IMG/VR virus record: IMGVR_UViG_3300028920_000022
Location: 310,001 to 374,000 of that record
Direction: 5' to 3' (one strand)
Length of the DNA stretch: 64,000 nt
A program made the position numbers and the translations under genes. Below, piece after piece: positions 22,223 to 31,515 of the stretch (positions are counted from its first letter, which is position 1; every line of letters begins with the position of its first letter). Under the pieces are notes generated by a model, which was not told the DNA's origin, searched no databases, and was given only the letters and a program-made list of their open reading frames with translations.

Positions 22223-22963
22223 ATGAATTTAATATTATGTTGTTATAACCGTGTAGGGTATGAAATATTAAATTATACCATTAATAACTGTAAATTTTCT
22301 CGAATTGCGGTATTTACCCATGATAACGGCATTGATGGCAGAATTATAGATAAATGTAAAGATAATAATATATTTTGTTCAACAGAGAATATAAACAAAG
22401 TAGATTTGCCATTTAAACCGGATATTATCTCTAGTGTTTATTACAGGTATATAATTAAGGAACATGTTATAAAAGCGTGTAATGGTAAAATATTTAATGC
22501 GCACCCATCATTATTGCCAAAGCATAGAGGGTGCTCCTCGGTACCTTGGGCTATTATCGAAGGAGATCAAGTAACTGGAATTACTTTTCATTATATAGAT
22601 AAGAACATAGATACTGGAAGGATATTGTTACAAATTTCAATACAAATATCAAAAGATGAAACTCAGGAAAGTTTATATAATAAATGTATGGATAAAGTAA
22701 GAGATATTATGGATAAAGTAAGAGATATGTGGCCGGCGGCTTTATCTTTGGTACAAAATGGTTTTGTTGGAATTTGCCAAGAAGGAATTTCTTCATATCA
22801 TAAAAGAGGAGTACCTTATGATGGAAAAATTGATCCGAATTGGAACGAAGATAAAGTGTGTCGTTTTATAAGGGCAATGTATTTTCCTCCATTACCAGGA
22901 CCTACGTTAAATGGTAAAGTAATTACATCAATAAAAAGTTTCCGAGAGGAGGTTTTAAAATGA
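22223..22963 (+). CDS. Sugar N-formyltransferase (Fmt/ArnA/WbkC-like)
   Basis: FNAHPSLLPKHRG, TGITFHYIDKNIDTG, FIRAMYFPP. Confidence 0.88.
   Translation: MNLILCCYNRVGYEILNYTINNCKFSRIAVFTHDNGIDGRIIDKCKDNNIFCSTENINKVDLPFKPDIISSVYYRYIIKEHVIKACNGKIFNAHPSLLPKHRGCSSVPWAIIEGDQVTGITFHYIDKNIDTGRILLQISIQISKDETQESLYNKCMDKVRDIMDKVRDMWPAALSLVQNGFVGICQEGISSYHKRGVPYDGKIDPNWNEDKVCRFIRAMYFPPLPGPTLNGKVITSIKSFREEVLK
22687..22728 (+). repeat. Perfect 21-bp tandem duplication, in frame
   Basis: TATGGATAAAGTAAGAGATAT twice, encoding MDKVRDI-MDKVRDM. Confidence 0.95.
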
Positions 22964-23769
22964 AACATTGTTGCTTTAGTATTTTGTATAACGAACTTCC
23001 GTTTTTAAAACAAAAATTACCATTTCTTTATAAGTATTTTGATCAAATAATTTTATATGATTTACATGTTGATTCGAAAACATTTTCTACAGATGGCAGC
23101 CACGAGTACATTAAAAAATACCCAGATCCAAAGAATAAAATAACATTGATAGAAAAAAAAGATTTGTCTGGTGTTAAGGGCGTGGGTATAAGCTTTGAGA
23201 CAAAAAGAAAGATGTTTGCTGTTGGGTCTAGATATGTAAGAAATGATATTGATGTTTTTTGGTGTCCAGATTTAGATGAGTTTTTTTCTAAATCGTTAAT
23301 TTCTAAAGTTGAAAAACTTTTCTCATCTAAAAGTGGTACTATAATGATCCCTCACGTTATATTTTTTAAAAATGAAAAATTTGTTTTTTGTAAAAAGAAC
23401 GGTGATGATAGAATAATATTACCGTACTCAAGAATAGCAAAGCATAAACCGGGAAACGTGTATGGGCATTGCAACATACAAAACCAACATAAGCCATTGA
23501 TTAGAATTTCTGACGAATTCCTGTTTCATTTTGCTTATGTTGGTAAAAACAAAATGAAATTTAAAAAAGGTTTGTATGCCAGATTTACCCCTAAAATTGT
23601 TGGGTACTACAATGATGTGTGGAAAAACTTTGATGAATCAAAAGTAGGAGATGATGTGTATGGTTTTCCCAACATGCACCCGGCTCTACAAGTAGGTATC
23701 AAAAGACATTCTTATAATTTCCCGGATTACATAAATATTCATGAAATGATTAACGATTTGTATGTCTAA
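22960..23769 (+). CDS. Glycosyltransferase family 2-like
   Basis: ILYNE, STDGS, WCPDLDEFF (DxD), HFAYV. Confidence 0.65.
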   Translation: MKHCCFSILYNELPFLKQKLPFLYKYFDQIILYDLHVDSKTFSTDGSHEYIKKYPDPKNKITLIEKKDLSGVKGVGISFETKRKMFAVGSRYVRNDIDVFWCPDLDEFFSKSLISKVEKLFSSKSGTIMIPHVIFFKNEKFVFCKKNGDDRIILPYSRIAKHKPGNVYGHCNIQNQHKPLIRISDEFLFHFAYVGKNKMKFKKGLYARFTPKIVGYYNDVWKNFDESKVGDDVYGFPNMHPALQVGIKRHSYNFPDYINIHEMINDLYV

Positions 23770-24854
23770 AATAATACTAAATGATAATGATCTGGTGACT
23801 CATCCGCTATCAAGCGGTTCTGTTTTTTATTATAAAGATAAATTATACGTATCTTGGAACCCTATCGGTTTAAATATATTGGAAAAACTTCCGATACAAA
23901 AAGTGAAACCAACTAACTTTTTGTATCTAGAAACCCCAGTGTGGGAGTTAAATAACTATGAACATAGGGTTAGAATTCAAGAATGTACTCCGTACATGGT
24001 TAAAGAACTGTTATTAGCTTTGTGTAATTTACACATTGAATTGCACAAATGCGGTTTATTTTTACATGATGTGCACGAGGCTAACATAAATTATACACAA
24101 GATGGTATTGTTTGGTTAGATTTAGGATCTATAAAAGTAGGGAAGGGACATACAGAACCTGCGTTTTTTGGTACATGTTATCTTGCGCAAAAATATTTAT
24201 ATAATGATTTTAAATTTGGGCATACTAAATATAACATAAAACAGTTACAAAAAAGCACAGCTCCAATACGCAATCTTGTCACAATAAAAGAAAATACACT
24301 TGTTTGGAATGAATTTAAAAAAATAATTAACAATAAAGAGGTAAAAATTAAAAAATCATAAAAATGTTAATAAAAAAGCCTGTATAGTTACCGATATGAT
24401 GAATGATATAAGTTTTAGAACTGTAACCGATGTGGCGTGTAATAAAGGATATTATGCGATGTATGCCGCAAAACGTGCGCAGTCGGTGGTTGGTTTTGAT
24501 GTAGATGTTCAATGTGTTCATGAAGCTACAAAATTAGCAAAGAAAAGGAAAGCCAATGCTATATTTGCTGTGAAAAACGTGAATACTTTAGTTAATTGCA
24601 AGCTGCATGAAAATTTAAGATTTTACTCAGATTTAGTGTTGGCTTTGGCAATTGTTCATCATTTAAATGGAGTGGTTAAACCAAAGGCTTTTGCTAGAGG
24701 ACTTAGTAATATTTCAAATAAATATATTCTTATAGAAGATATTAATTCTGCAAAATTATATAAAGATGAGTTTGTAAAATTGGGATTTGAATTAATCAGG
24801 CGTGAGGAAAGCTATCCTTTGCCAAGATCGTTGTCGTTATACAGGAGAAAATAA
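23762..24854 (+). pseudogene. NoeA-like kinase-fold/SAM-methyltransferase gene split into two ORFs (23762-24361 and 24396-24854)
   Basis: First ORF has LHDVHEANI..WLDLGS (kinase-like). Second has DVACNKGYY, VGFD and LALAIVHH, and its frame is open upstream to 24345, overlapping the first in an A-rich tract. Confidence 0.55.
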
Positions 24855-25472
24855 ATGTATTATGGGCAATTTTTAATTGATAAATATTTGCATCAAACAT
24901 TTTTTAATGATAAAAAGCGTGGTTTTTTTGTAGAATGTGGCGCTTTAGATGGCAAGTTGGAATCATCTTGTTTGTTTTTTGAGCATTCGTTGTCGTGGAC
25001 TGGAATGAATATAGAAGCTGTTCCTCCATTATTTAAAATGTTGCAGAAAAATCGCCCAAACTGTATTAATATAAATATAGCATTATCTAATAATAACGAT
25101 GAAGCAATTTTTAAACATGCAATCCACCCTAAACACGGGATGTTGTTTGGGAACGGATCTTTGGGGCACCACGAATCCCACATGCAAGATTTATTAAAAC
25201 AAGGGTGCAACTTTAAGGAATACAAAGTACAATGTAAAAAATTTTCTCAAGTGTTTAAAAATGAAGTTCCGATTGATTTATTTGTTTTAGACGTAGAAGG
25301 ACATGAGCTACAGGCTCTTGAAGGAATTTTGGAAATAGACGATGAATTTTTGCCTAAGATATTTTGTATCGAATATACTTTTTCTGGACTAGATAACATT
25401 TCTAATATGTTAAAAAAATATAAATTACACTCAACGCGCCAACAAAACGCTATATATGTAAAAAATGTCTAG
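24855..25472 (+). CDS. FkbM-family methyltransferase
   Basis: FFVECGALDG, WTGMNIEA, LDVEGHELQAL. Confidence 0.88.
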   Translation: MYYGQFLIDKYLHQTFFNDKKRGFFVECGALDGKLESSCLFFEHSLSWTGMNIEAVPPLFKMLQKNRPNCININIALSNNNDEAIFKHAIHPKHGMLFGNGSLGHHESHMQDLLKQGCNFKEYKVQCKKFSQVFKNEVPIDLFVLDVEGHELQALEGILEIDDEFLPKIFCIEYTFSGLDNISNMLKKYKLHSTRQQNAIYVKNV

Positions 25473-26088
25473 ATTACAGTTTGTTCAACCAATTTTAGAT
25501 ATTTCTCCATCGATTGCTATCGTTGGATCAAGTGGGAATCTGTGTAATCATAAATATGGAAAAATTATTGATCAGTTTCAGGATGTTATTAGATTTAATC
25601 GTGCTCCAACAAAAAATTATGAAGAAATAGTTGGACATAAAACTACTCTTCGTGTAGCTAATAATCATGTTTTTATTAATCTTGCTCCATCACTAAAAGG
25701 ATTTACTGATCAGCCGCCAGATTTTATTAGGAATCTTCGTAATAGTAGAATTTTGTACATGGGTCCGAGTATGGAACAAGAAAATAAAGAAAAGCATACC
25801 CATGCAAGTAATGAGTTGTTTGTGTTTAAATTTGAAAGTTTGGGAGATTTAAAACGCGCTGTTGGATTTGTTTCGCCTCGTCCTCCCAGCGTAGGGTGTA
25901 TAATGATTTGTTTATGTGTGATAGCGAACATAAAACCATATTTATTTGGATTCGATTTAAATGTAAATGATTCATCTAGAACGCATTATTGGGAAGATAG
26001 ACCAAGCTTAAGCCCATGTCATAAAATAGATTATGAGAAGAGGTTTTTAAACAAATTAGCAAAAGCGGGGAAAATAAAAATTAAATGA
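25465..26088 (+). CDS. GT29 sialyltransferase-like glycosyltransferase
   Basis: Sialylmotif L (IAIVGSSGNL..YGKIID..VIRFNRAP..VGHKTTLR), motif S (PSVG..C..LFGF), HYW, and VS-like H-x4-E (HKIDYE). Confidence 0.8.
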   Translation: MSRLQFVQPILDISPSIAIVGSSGNLCNHKYGKIIDQFQDVIRFNRAPTKNYEEIVGHKTTLRVANNHVFINLAPSLKGFTDQPPDFIRNLRNSRILYMGPSMEQENKEKHTHASNELFVFKFESLGDLKRAVGFVSPRPPSVGCIMICLCVIANIKPYLFGFDLNVNDSSRTHYWEDRPSLSPCHKIDYEKRFLNKLAKAGKIKIK

Positions 26089-27047
26089 ATACAAATCTTA
26101 AAAAACATTGGTCTAATATGCACGGTGAGCGCAGACATCTTTTGTCAAATTTGCCGAAGTGGAAAGTTAAGAGAATTATTTCTAATTTTAATAATTATTT
26201 TGTAAATAATTTACCTATGGAAAAAATTAACTTTGCAATAGATTGGGGCTGCGGCGGCGGGGTTTTAACAAATGAATTGAAAAAAGTAACTTCCGTATTG
26301 GCTCTTGATATTTGTGAAGATAGCCTTAGTAACTGTGTAAAATATGCAAACCCAGATCGTGCCGAATTACTACCTAACAGCTTGTGTGATTTTAAATATA
26401 ATTACGGAAAAGCTGATTTAATTTTAGCACATGCCGTGGTCTGGCATTTCCCTACGTTGGAATATTTTAAACAAGTAGTTGACATTTGGACTAATGATAT
26501 ACAGGCAACATATATTGCCTTCAATACAAAAAAAATAACTAAACAGAACTTTGTGCAGGCTACAAATTACAAAAATGATTTTTTAGACGCTTTACTTTTA
26601 AAAGATGAGTTTGTTATAGATTTGTTTAATTCAAAAGGTTATTCGTTGTTGTTTTCAGGTACATTTAATAGGAAACCAAAGCCTCAAACATATTTTATAT
26701 TTTTTAAGGATCCGCGTAAAATATTGATAGATATAGATGAAACTATCTGTACTACTCCTGGAAACAAAAATATACCGAGAGATTATAATACAGCATCCCC
26801 GATTATCGAAAATATAAAAGCAATTAATAAATTATATGATACTGGGCATCACATAACCTATTGGACGGCTAGAGGATCTGGGACTGGAGTTGATTGGTCC
26901 GACGTTACATATAAACAATTAAAAAAATGGGGTGTTAAATATCATAAAGTGTTGTTTGGGAAACCAGAGTATGATTTGTTTATTGATGATAAAGTGTTAA
27001 ATGTTAGAGATTGGGAAAAAAATAAACGATTTTTGCCAAAATATTAA
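26085..27047 (+). CDS. Fusion of class I SAM methyltransferase and HAD phosphatase
   Basis: N-terminal DWGCGGG; C-terminal DIDETIC, WTARG, GKP..DLFIDDK. Confidence 0.8.
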   Translation: MNTNLKKHWSNMHGERRHLLSNLPKWKVKRIISNFNNYFVNNLPMEKINFAIDWGCGGGVLTNELKKVTSVLALDICEDSLSNCVKYANPDRAELLPNSLCDFKYNYGKADLILAHAVVWHFPTLEYFKQVVDIWTNDIQATYIAFNTKKITKQNFVQATNYKNDFLDALLLKDEFVIDLFNSKGYSLLFSGTFNRKPKPQTYFIFFKDPRKILIDIDETICTTPGNKNIPRDYNTASPIIENIKAINKLYDTGHHITYWTARGSGTGVDWSDVTYKQLKKWGVKYHKVLFGKPEYDLFIDDKVLNVRDWEKNKRFLPKY

Positions 27048-27063
27048 TATTTTGCTGTTTAGA

Positions 27064-28023
27064 ATGTATGAGAAAATGTATAATAGAAATATTAGAATGT
27101 ATGATGAGCCACACGCTCCTGTTTTTATCAGCAAAAATAAATGCAAACATAAGAGTGTAATTGCTATTCCGCCATCTTATTATAAAAATGAATGCCTTGA
27201 CGTTCAGGGTGTTTTAAAATATATACATTATTTAGTTGAATGCGGTGCTACAACGCTAATGACTACTGCAGGCACATCACAATTTAATCTATTAACAACA
27301 AATGAAATTCATATATTTAATAAAGTGGTGGCAACAGCCAAATGCTCAAAGATATTTGGAATACCTCCTATTTCTTCAAATGAATCTGTTAAGTTTGTGC
27401 GACGGGCAAAAGAATATATTGGCAAATCAAATCTTATGGTTTTGTATCCAGATAGGTTTTATGATTATGGGTCTATATATTCCCATATTGCAAAAATTAG
27501 GGAGGCGTCTTTATATCCAGTGTATTTACACGCCATGCCAATGCGTAAAGGTACTGGTGGAGAATGGAACTTTACTTCTGATATAATATCAAGTTTATTT
27601 GAAAAAAAACTGATATGTGGAATAAAAGAAGAACATAGTAATCTTCAAGAGTCATATAATTTTATTAGAAATTTGCCCCCGAATTTAGACGTGATCGTTG
27701 CTGGTGGTAGCATGAGACGTCATCAGTTTTTAAAAACGGCCGGAGCTAATTCATTTTTGTCTGGAATAGGAAATTTATTTCCACAAATAGAAATCAATTA
27801 TTGTAACGAAATAGATAGTGGGCGTTTTGGTGACAGTCAAATAGCTTTAGAGTCGAAATTGTTCGATGTCTTTTTAAAATATGGGTGGCACCCAAGTTTA
27901 AGAGTAGCCTTGGCTCATTTGGGCTTATTGAGTCATTATAATCGTAATCCGTGGCCTAAATTAAGCGGTGCTGCGATTGATGAAATTAAAAATGTAATAT
28001 CCGAGGTCGTAAATGAAAAATAA
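27064..28023 (+). CDS. DapA/NanA-family (DHDPS-like) aldolase/lyase; start uncertain (27001, 27064 or 27097)
   Basis: MTTAGTSQFNLL, GIKEE Schiff-base Lys region, GANSFLSG. Confidence 0.65.
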   Translation: MYEKMYNRNIRMYDEPHAPVFISKNKCKHKSVIAIPPSYYKNECLDVQGVLKYIHYLVECGATTLMTTAGTSQFNLLTTNEIHIFNKVVATAKCSKIFGIPPISSNESVKFVRRAKEYIGKSNLMVLYPDRFYDYGSIYSHIAKIREASLYPVYLHAMPMRKGTGGEWNFTSDIISSLFEKKLICGIKEEHSNLQESYNFIRNLPPNLDVIVAGGSMRRHQFLKTAGANSFLSGIGNLFPQIEINYCNEIDSGRFGDSQIALESKLFDVFLKYGWHPSLRVALAHLGLLSHYNRNPWPKLSGAAIDEIKNVISEVVNEK

Positions 28024-28789
28024 AGTGTGGATTTTGGGTCCCTGTAGTTTAGAGGGTAGAGATTTATTTATAAACACATTATCAGCAATTGAACCAATTA
28101 TGCGTGGAAAACAATGGTATATGAAAGCTAGTTTTGATAAGGCAAACAGAACATCTCTGTATGGCGGTAGAGGTCCGGGATTAGAAGAGTCACAAAAAGT
28201 TTGGAAAGAAGCCCACGAACTTTTTCCACACGTTAAATTTATAACTGACGTTCATGAAGTACATCAGGTAGAAAAGCTGGTAGGATATGTAGATGTTGTA
28301 CAAACGCCAGCCTTTTTGTGCCGACAAACAGATCTTATCGTTGAATGTGCGAAGCATTTTCAAGCCATCAATATTAAAAAGGGACAATGGATAGGACCTA
28401 ACAATCTTATCAAATCTGTGGATAAAGTAAAAGAAACAAACCCAAATTGCGAAGCATGGATTTGTGATCGCGGATCTAATTTTGGATATCATGATTTGTT
28501 CGTTAATTTTGGAATTGTTGACGAATTAAAAGAATATTATGATAAGATTATTTTGGACTGTACGCATTCTACCCAACGGTCAAGAAAAGTACATGGAAAA
28601 CAGGGTGATAGAGTTTTGGCAGAACGATATTTTGTGTCTGCTGATGTTTTTAATTATGATGGCGTTTTTGCAGAAGTTCATCCAAACCCGCCTGAATCTG
28701 TTTCTGACGCTGATTGTGTTTTAGATTTGTTTAGATTAAAAATGTTAGTGCAAAAAGCAGATGCCGTTGGGAAGGTGGTTTGTGAATAA
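28013..28789 (+). CDS. kdsA: 3-deoxy-D-manno-octulosonate 8-phosphate synthase
   Basis: GPCSLE, KASFDKANRTS, TDVHE, PAFLCRQTDL, NIKKGQ, RGSNFGY, DCTHS, EVHPNP..SDA. Confidence 0.9.
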   Translation: MKNKVWILGPCSLEGRDLFINTLSAIEPIMRGKQWYMKASFDKANRTSLYGGRGPGLEESQKVWKEAHELFPHVKFITDVHEVHQVEKLVGYVDVVQTPAFLCRQTDLIVECAKHFQAINIKKGQWIGPNNLIKSVDKVKETNPNCEAWICDRGSNFGYHDLFVNFGIVDELKEYYDKIILDCTHSTQRSRKVHGKQGDRVLAERYFVSADVFNYDGVFAEVHPNPPESVSDADCVLDLFRLKMLVQKADAVGKVVCE

Positions 28790-29450
28790 ATTAGCTGTAA
28801 TCCCGGCAAGAGCAGGTTCAACTCGTCTAAAAAATAAAAATATATATCCATTAGGAGGTAAACCTTTAATAAGATGGGTTACTGAAGCAGTCGTTAATTC
28901 TGGGTGTTTTGATAAAATATTGGTTTCTACTGATGGAGATAAAATATTCGATGCCGTAAAGGATTTACCGGTAGAAAGGCATGTTAGACCGGCTAGTTTA
29001 GCAACTACAAAATCTACAGTTTTAAACGCTATGTTGGATTTAATTGAACATAGTAATGTAGAATATGATGTTTTTTCATATTTTTTGCCAACCTGTCCAT
29101 TTATTAATTGCCAAGATATACAAAATGGTATCAGACGAATAGATAAGTCTGATTTTGTAATAAGTATGACCGAGTTTTCTGAAACAATTCAGTTAGCGTG
29201 TTTAATTAATAATAGCAACGTTATTCCAGTTTTTGATAATTTAGAAATTGGCGCAACAAATAGCAAGTTTATTAAAAAGTACTACAAACCTTCAGGTGCA
29301 TTTTATATTGGTAAATGGGATAAAATTTTAGAATATAAAAATTTTTTTAGTGGAAATGTTCAGGCTGTTATTGTCCCAAAAGAACGCTCAATTGACATAA
29401 ATAACCACTATGATCTTTTATATGCCGAGAGTGTGTTAAAATTACGTTAA
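28782..29450 (+). CDS. CMP-ulosonic acid synthetase (NeuA/KdsB cytidylyltransferase family)
   Basis: IPARAGSTRLKNKN, LGGKPLI, VSTD, PTCPF, SIDIN. GTG start overlapping the kdsA end. Confidence 0.88.
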   Translation: MNKLAVIPARAGSTRLKNKNIYPLGGKPLIRWVTEAVVNSGCFDKILVSTDGDKIFDAVKDLPVERHVRPASLATTKSTVLNAMLDLIEHSNVEYDVFSYFLPTCPFINCQDIQNGIRRIDKSDFVISMTEFSETIQLACLINNSNVIPVFDNLEIGATNSKFIKKYYKPSGAFYIGKWDKILEYKNFFSGNVQAVIVPKERSIDINNHYDLLYAESVLKLR

Positions 29451-29458
29451 ATTTATCA

Positions 29459-30541
29459 GTGATGATTCCCGTTTATAAACCCTATCTTCCCAAACATATA
29501 TTACGATATGCGCATGATGCCTTAGGTTCCGGCTGGCTGTCTAGAGGTAAGTATAATGCACTAGCCTCTGAAAAACTTCAAGAAATTTTGAGAGTAAAAC
29601 ATGTGCTGCTGACTAGTAACGGAACTACTGCCGGGCACCTTGTCGCAATAGCTTTAAAAGATTGCTTTGGTTATAATGAAATAATTATGCCGAATAACGT
29701 TTACGTCGCTGCGTGGAATGTTTACAAATACGAAAATATCAAAATTAATATCGTGGACGCAAATATAAAAACTTGGAATTTCGATTATAAATTGTTAGAT
29801 AAAGCAATACGGAAAAATACAGATTGTGCAGTTGGTGTTGTCCATAATCTAGGGAATATCGTAAATGTCCCAAACTTAAAACAACAATATCCGAATACCA
29901 TGTTTGTTGAAGATGCATGTGAAGGGTTTTTAGGAGAGTATTCCGGAAAACCAGTTGGAAGTGAATCGCTTTCTTTTGTTTCTTTTTTTGGTAATAAAAA
30001 TATCACCTCCGGCGAAGGCGGGGCGGTTTTAATTAATGATACGGATATATACGAATATTTGAATTGTAAACATGGTCAGGGACAACATTTTGATGATGAG
30101 CGTTTTGTGCATAGAATGTTGGGTTATAATTATCGTATGACCAATGTGCAAGCTGCTTTATTGTGTGGACAGTTGGAATGTTTGGACCAAATTAAAGAAA
30201 ACAAGAAAAGAGTTTTTGATACCTACTATAAACATCTTGGCTCTGAATTTGTTTTGCAGGAAACCGATCCTAATACCGTTTCTGCTAATTGGATGTTAGG
30301 TATAAGAGTTTCCGGTTCAAACTATAAAAATGCAGAAAGTCTATTTTCGAGTCGTGGTATAGAAATAAGACCAATGTTCTGTGATGTTGGTTTGCATGGA
30401 CATTTTGGCGGAATTTCTACTTTCAATAATGCCTATCTTTTGCGCCGGGAATGTATTGTGCTGCCAAGTTATCCAGAGTTAACCGAAGACGAAATAAAAT
30501 ATATTGTTAAAACTCTAAAAGAATATAAAGAGAACCTATGA
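29459..30541 (+). CDS. DegT/DnrJ/EryC1/StrS aminotransferase (perosamine synthase-like)
   Basis: SNGTTA, VEDACE, SFFGNKNITSGEGG, GYNYRMTNVQAA. Confidence 0.9.
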   Translation: MMIPVYKPYLPKHILRYAHDALGSGWLSRGKYNALASEKLQEILRVKHVLLTSNGTTAGHLVAIALKDCFGYNEIIMPNNVYVAAWNVYKYENIKINIVDANIKTWNFDYKLLDKAIRKNTDCAVGVVHNLGNIVNVPNLKQQYPNTMFVEDACEGFLGEYSGKPVGSESLSFVSFFGNKNITSGEGGAVLINDTDIYEYLNCKHGQGQHFDDERFVHRMLGYNYRMTNVQAALLCGQLECLDQIKENKKRVFDTYYKHLGSEFVLQETDPNTVSANWMLGIRVSGSNYKNAESLFSSRGIEIRPMFCDVGLHGHFGGISTFNNAYLLRRECIVLPSYPELTEDEIKYIVKTLKEYKENL

Positions 30542-31515
30542 AAGCATGTTTGACTGGGATTACGGGACAGACCGGGTCTTATTTGGCAGAATTGTTGCTA
30601 GAAAAAGGCTACGATGTCTATGGACTGGTACGTAGAACTAGCTCTTTTAGTACAGGACGTATAGATCATATCTATGATAAATTGCACCTTACTTATGGTG
30701 ACTTGGCGGATTATTCCTCCATCTCTTCTTGGGTGGGAGATATAAAACCGGATTTGCTATTTAACATGGCGGCTCAAAGCCATGTTAAAGTCAGCTTCGA
30801 TATTCCGGAATATACAGCCGATGTAACTGGTACTAGCGTAATTAGAGTTTTGGAAGCTATTAGAAAAAATAGCCCCAAAACAAGGTTTCTTACGGCCAGC
30901 ACGTCAGAGTTGTTCGGTAGTAGCCCTCCGCCTCAAAATGAACAAACTCCCTTTCACCCTCGCTCCCCATACGCCGTAGCTAAATTGGCGGGATTTTGGG
31001 CAACTATAAATTATAGGGAAGCATATAATCTTTTCGCTACTAATGCTATTATGTTTAATACCGAGTCGGTGAGACGTGGAGAAACTTTTGTAACCAGAAA
31101 AATTACCAGAGCAGCTACTCGTATCAAACTTGGTCTGCAAGATAAACTGGTTCTAGGTAATATCTCTGCTAAACGAGATTGGAATCATAACAAAGATACC
31201 GTCAGAGGTATGCTCATGGCTATTACCGCCAACGAACCAGATGATTATGTGATTGCTTCCGGCGAAATGCACTCTGTTCAGGAATTCGTAGAGTTGGTAT
31301 TCTCTAAGCTAGATTTAGATTGGGAGAAATACGTGGAAATAGATGAACGCTATTATCGCCCATCTGAAGTTGATGCTCTTTGTGGTGATTCTACCAAGAT
31401 TCGTAATAAATTGGGTTGGGAACCAGAATTTTCTTTTAATGATCTAGTAGAGGAAATGGTCCAGCACGATCTCGCCCTGGCTGGTAAAGAAAAGCTTTTG
31501 AAGGAAGCGGTATGA
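30538..31515 (+). CDS. gmd: GDP-mannose 4,6-dehydratase
   Basis: TGITGQTGSYLAELLL, AAQSHVKVSF, PRSPYAVAK, RGETFVTRKIT, YYRPSEVD. Confidence 0.95.
   Translation: MKACLTGITGQTGSYLAELLLEKGYDVYGLVRRTSSFSTGRIDHIYDKLHLTYGDLADYSSISSWVGDIKPDLLFNMAAQSHVKVSFDIPEYTADVTGTSVIRVLEAIRKNSPKTRFLTASTSELFGSSPPPQNEQTPFHPRSPYAVAKLAGFWATINYREAYNLFATNAIMFNTESVRRGETFVTRKITRAATRIKLGLQDKLVLGNISAKRDWNHNKDTVRGMLMAITANEPDDYVIASGEMHSVQEFVELVFSKLDLDWEKYVEIDERYYRPSEVDALCGDSTKIRNKLGWEPEFSFNDLVEEMVQHDLALAGKEKLLKEAV

Noticed and set aside
27059-27104. Short direct repeat TTAGAATGTATGA near the aldolase start
   Set aside because: A 13-bp AT-rich repeat in a very AT-rich region; possibly a small duplication scar, but no function can be supported.
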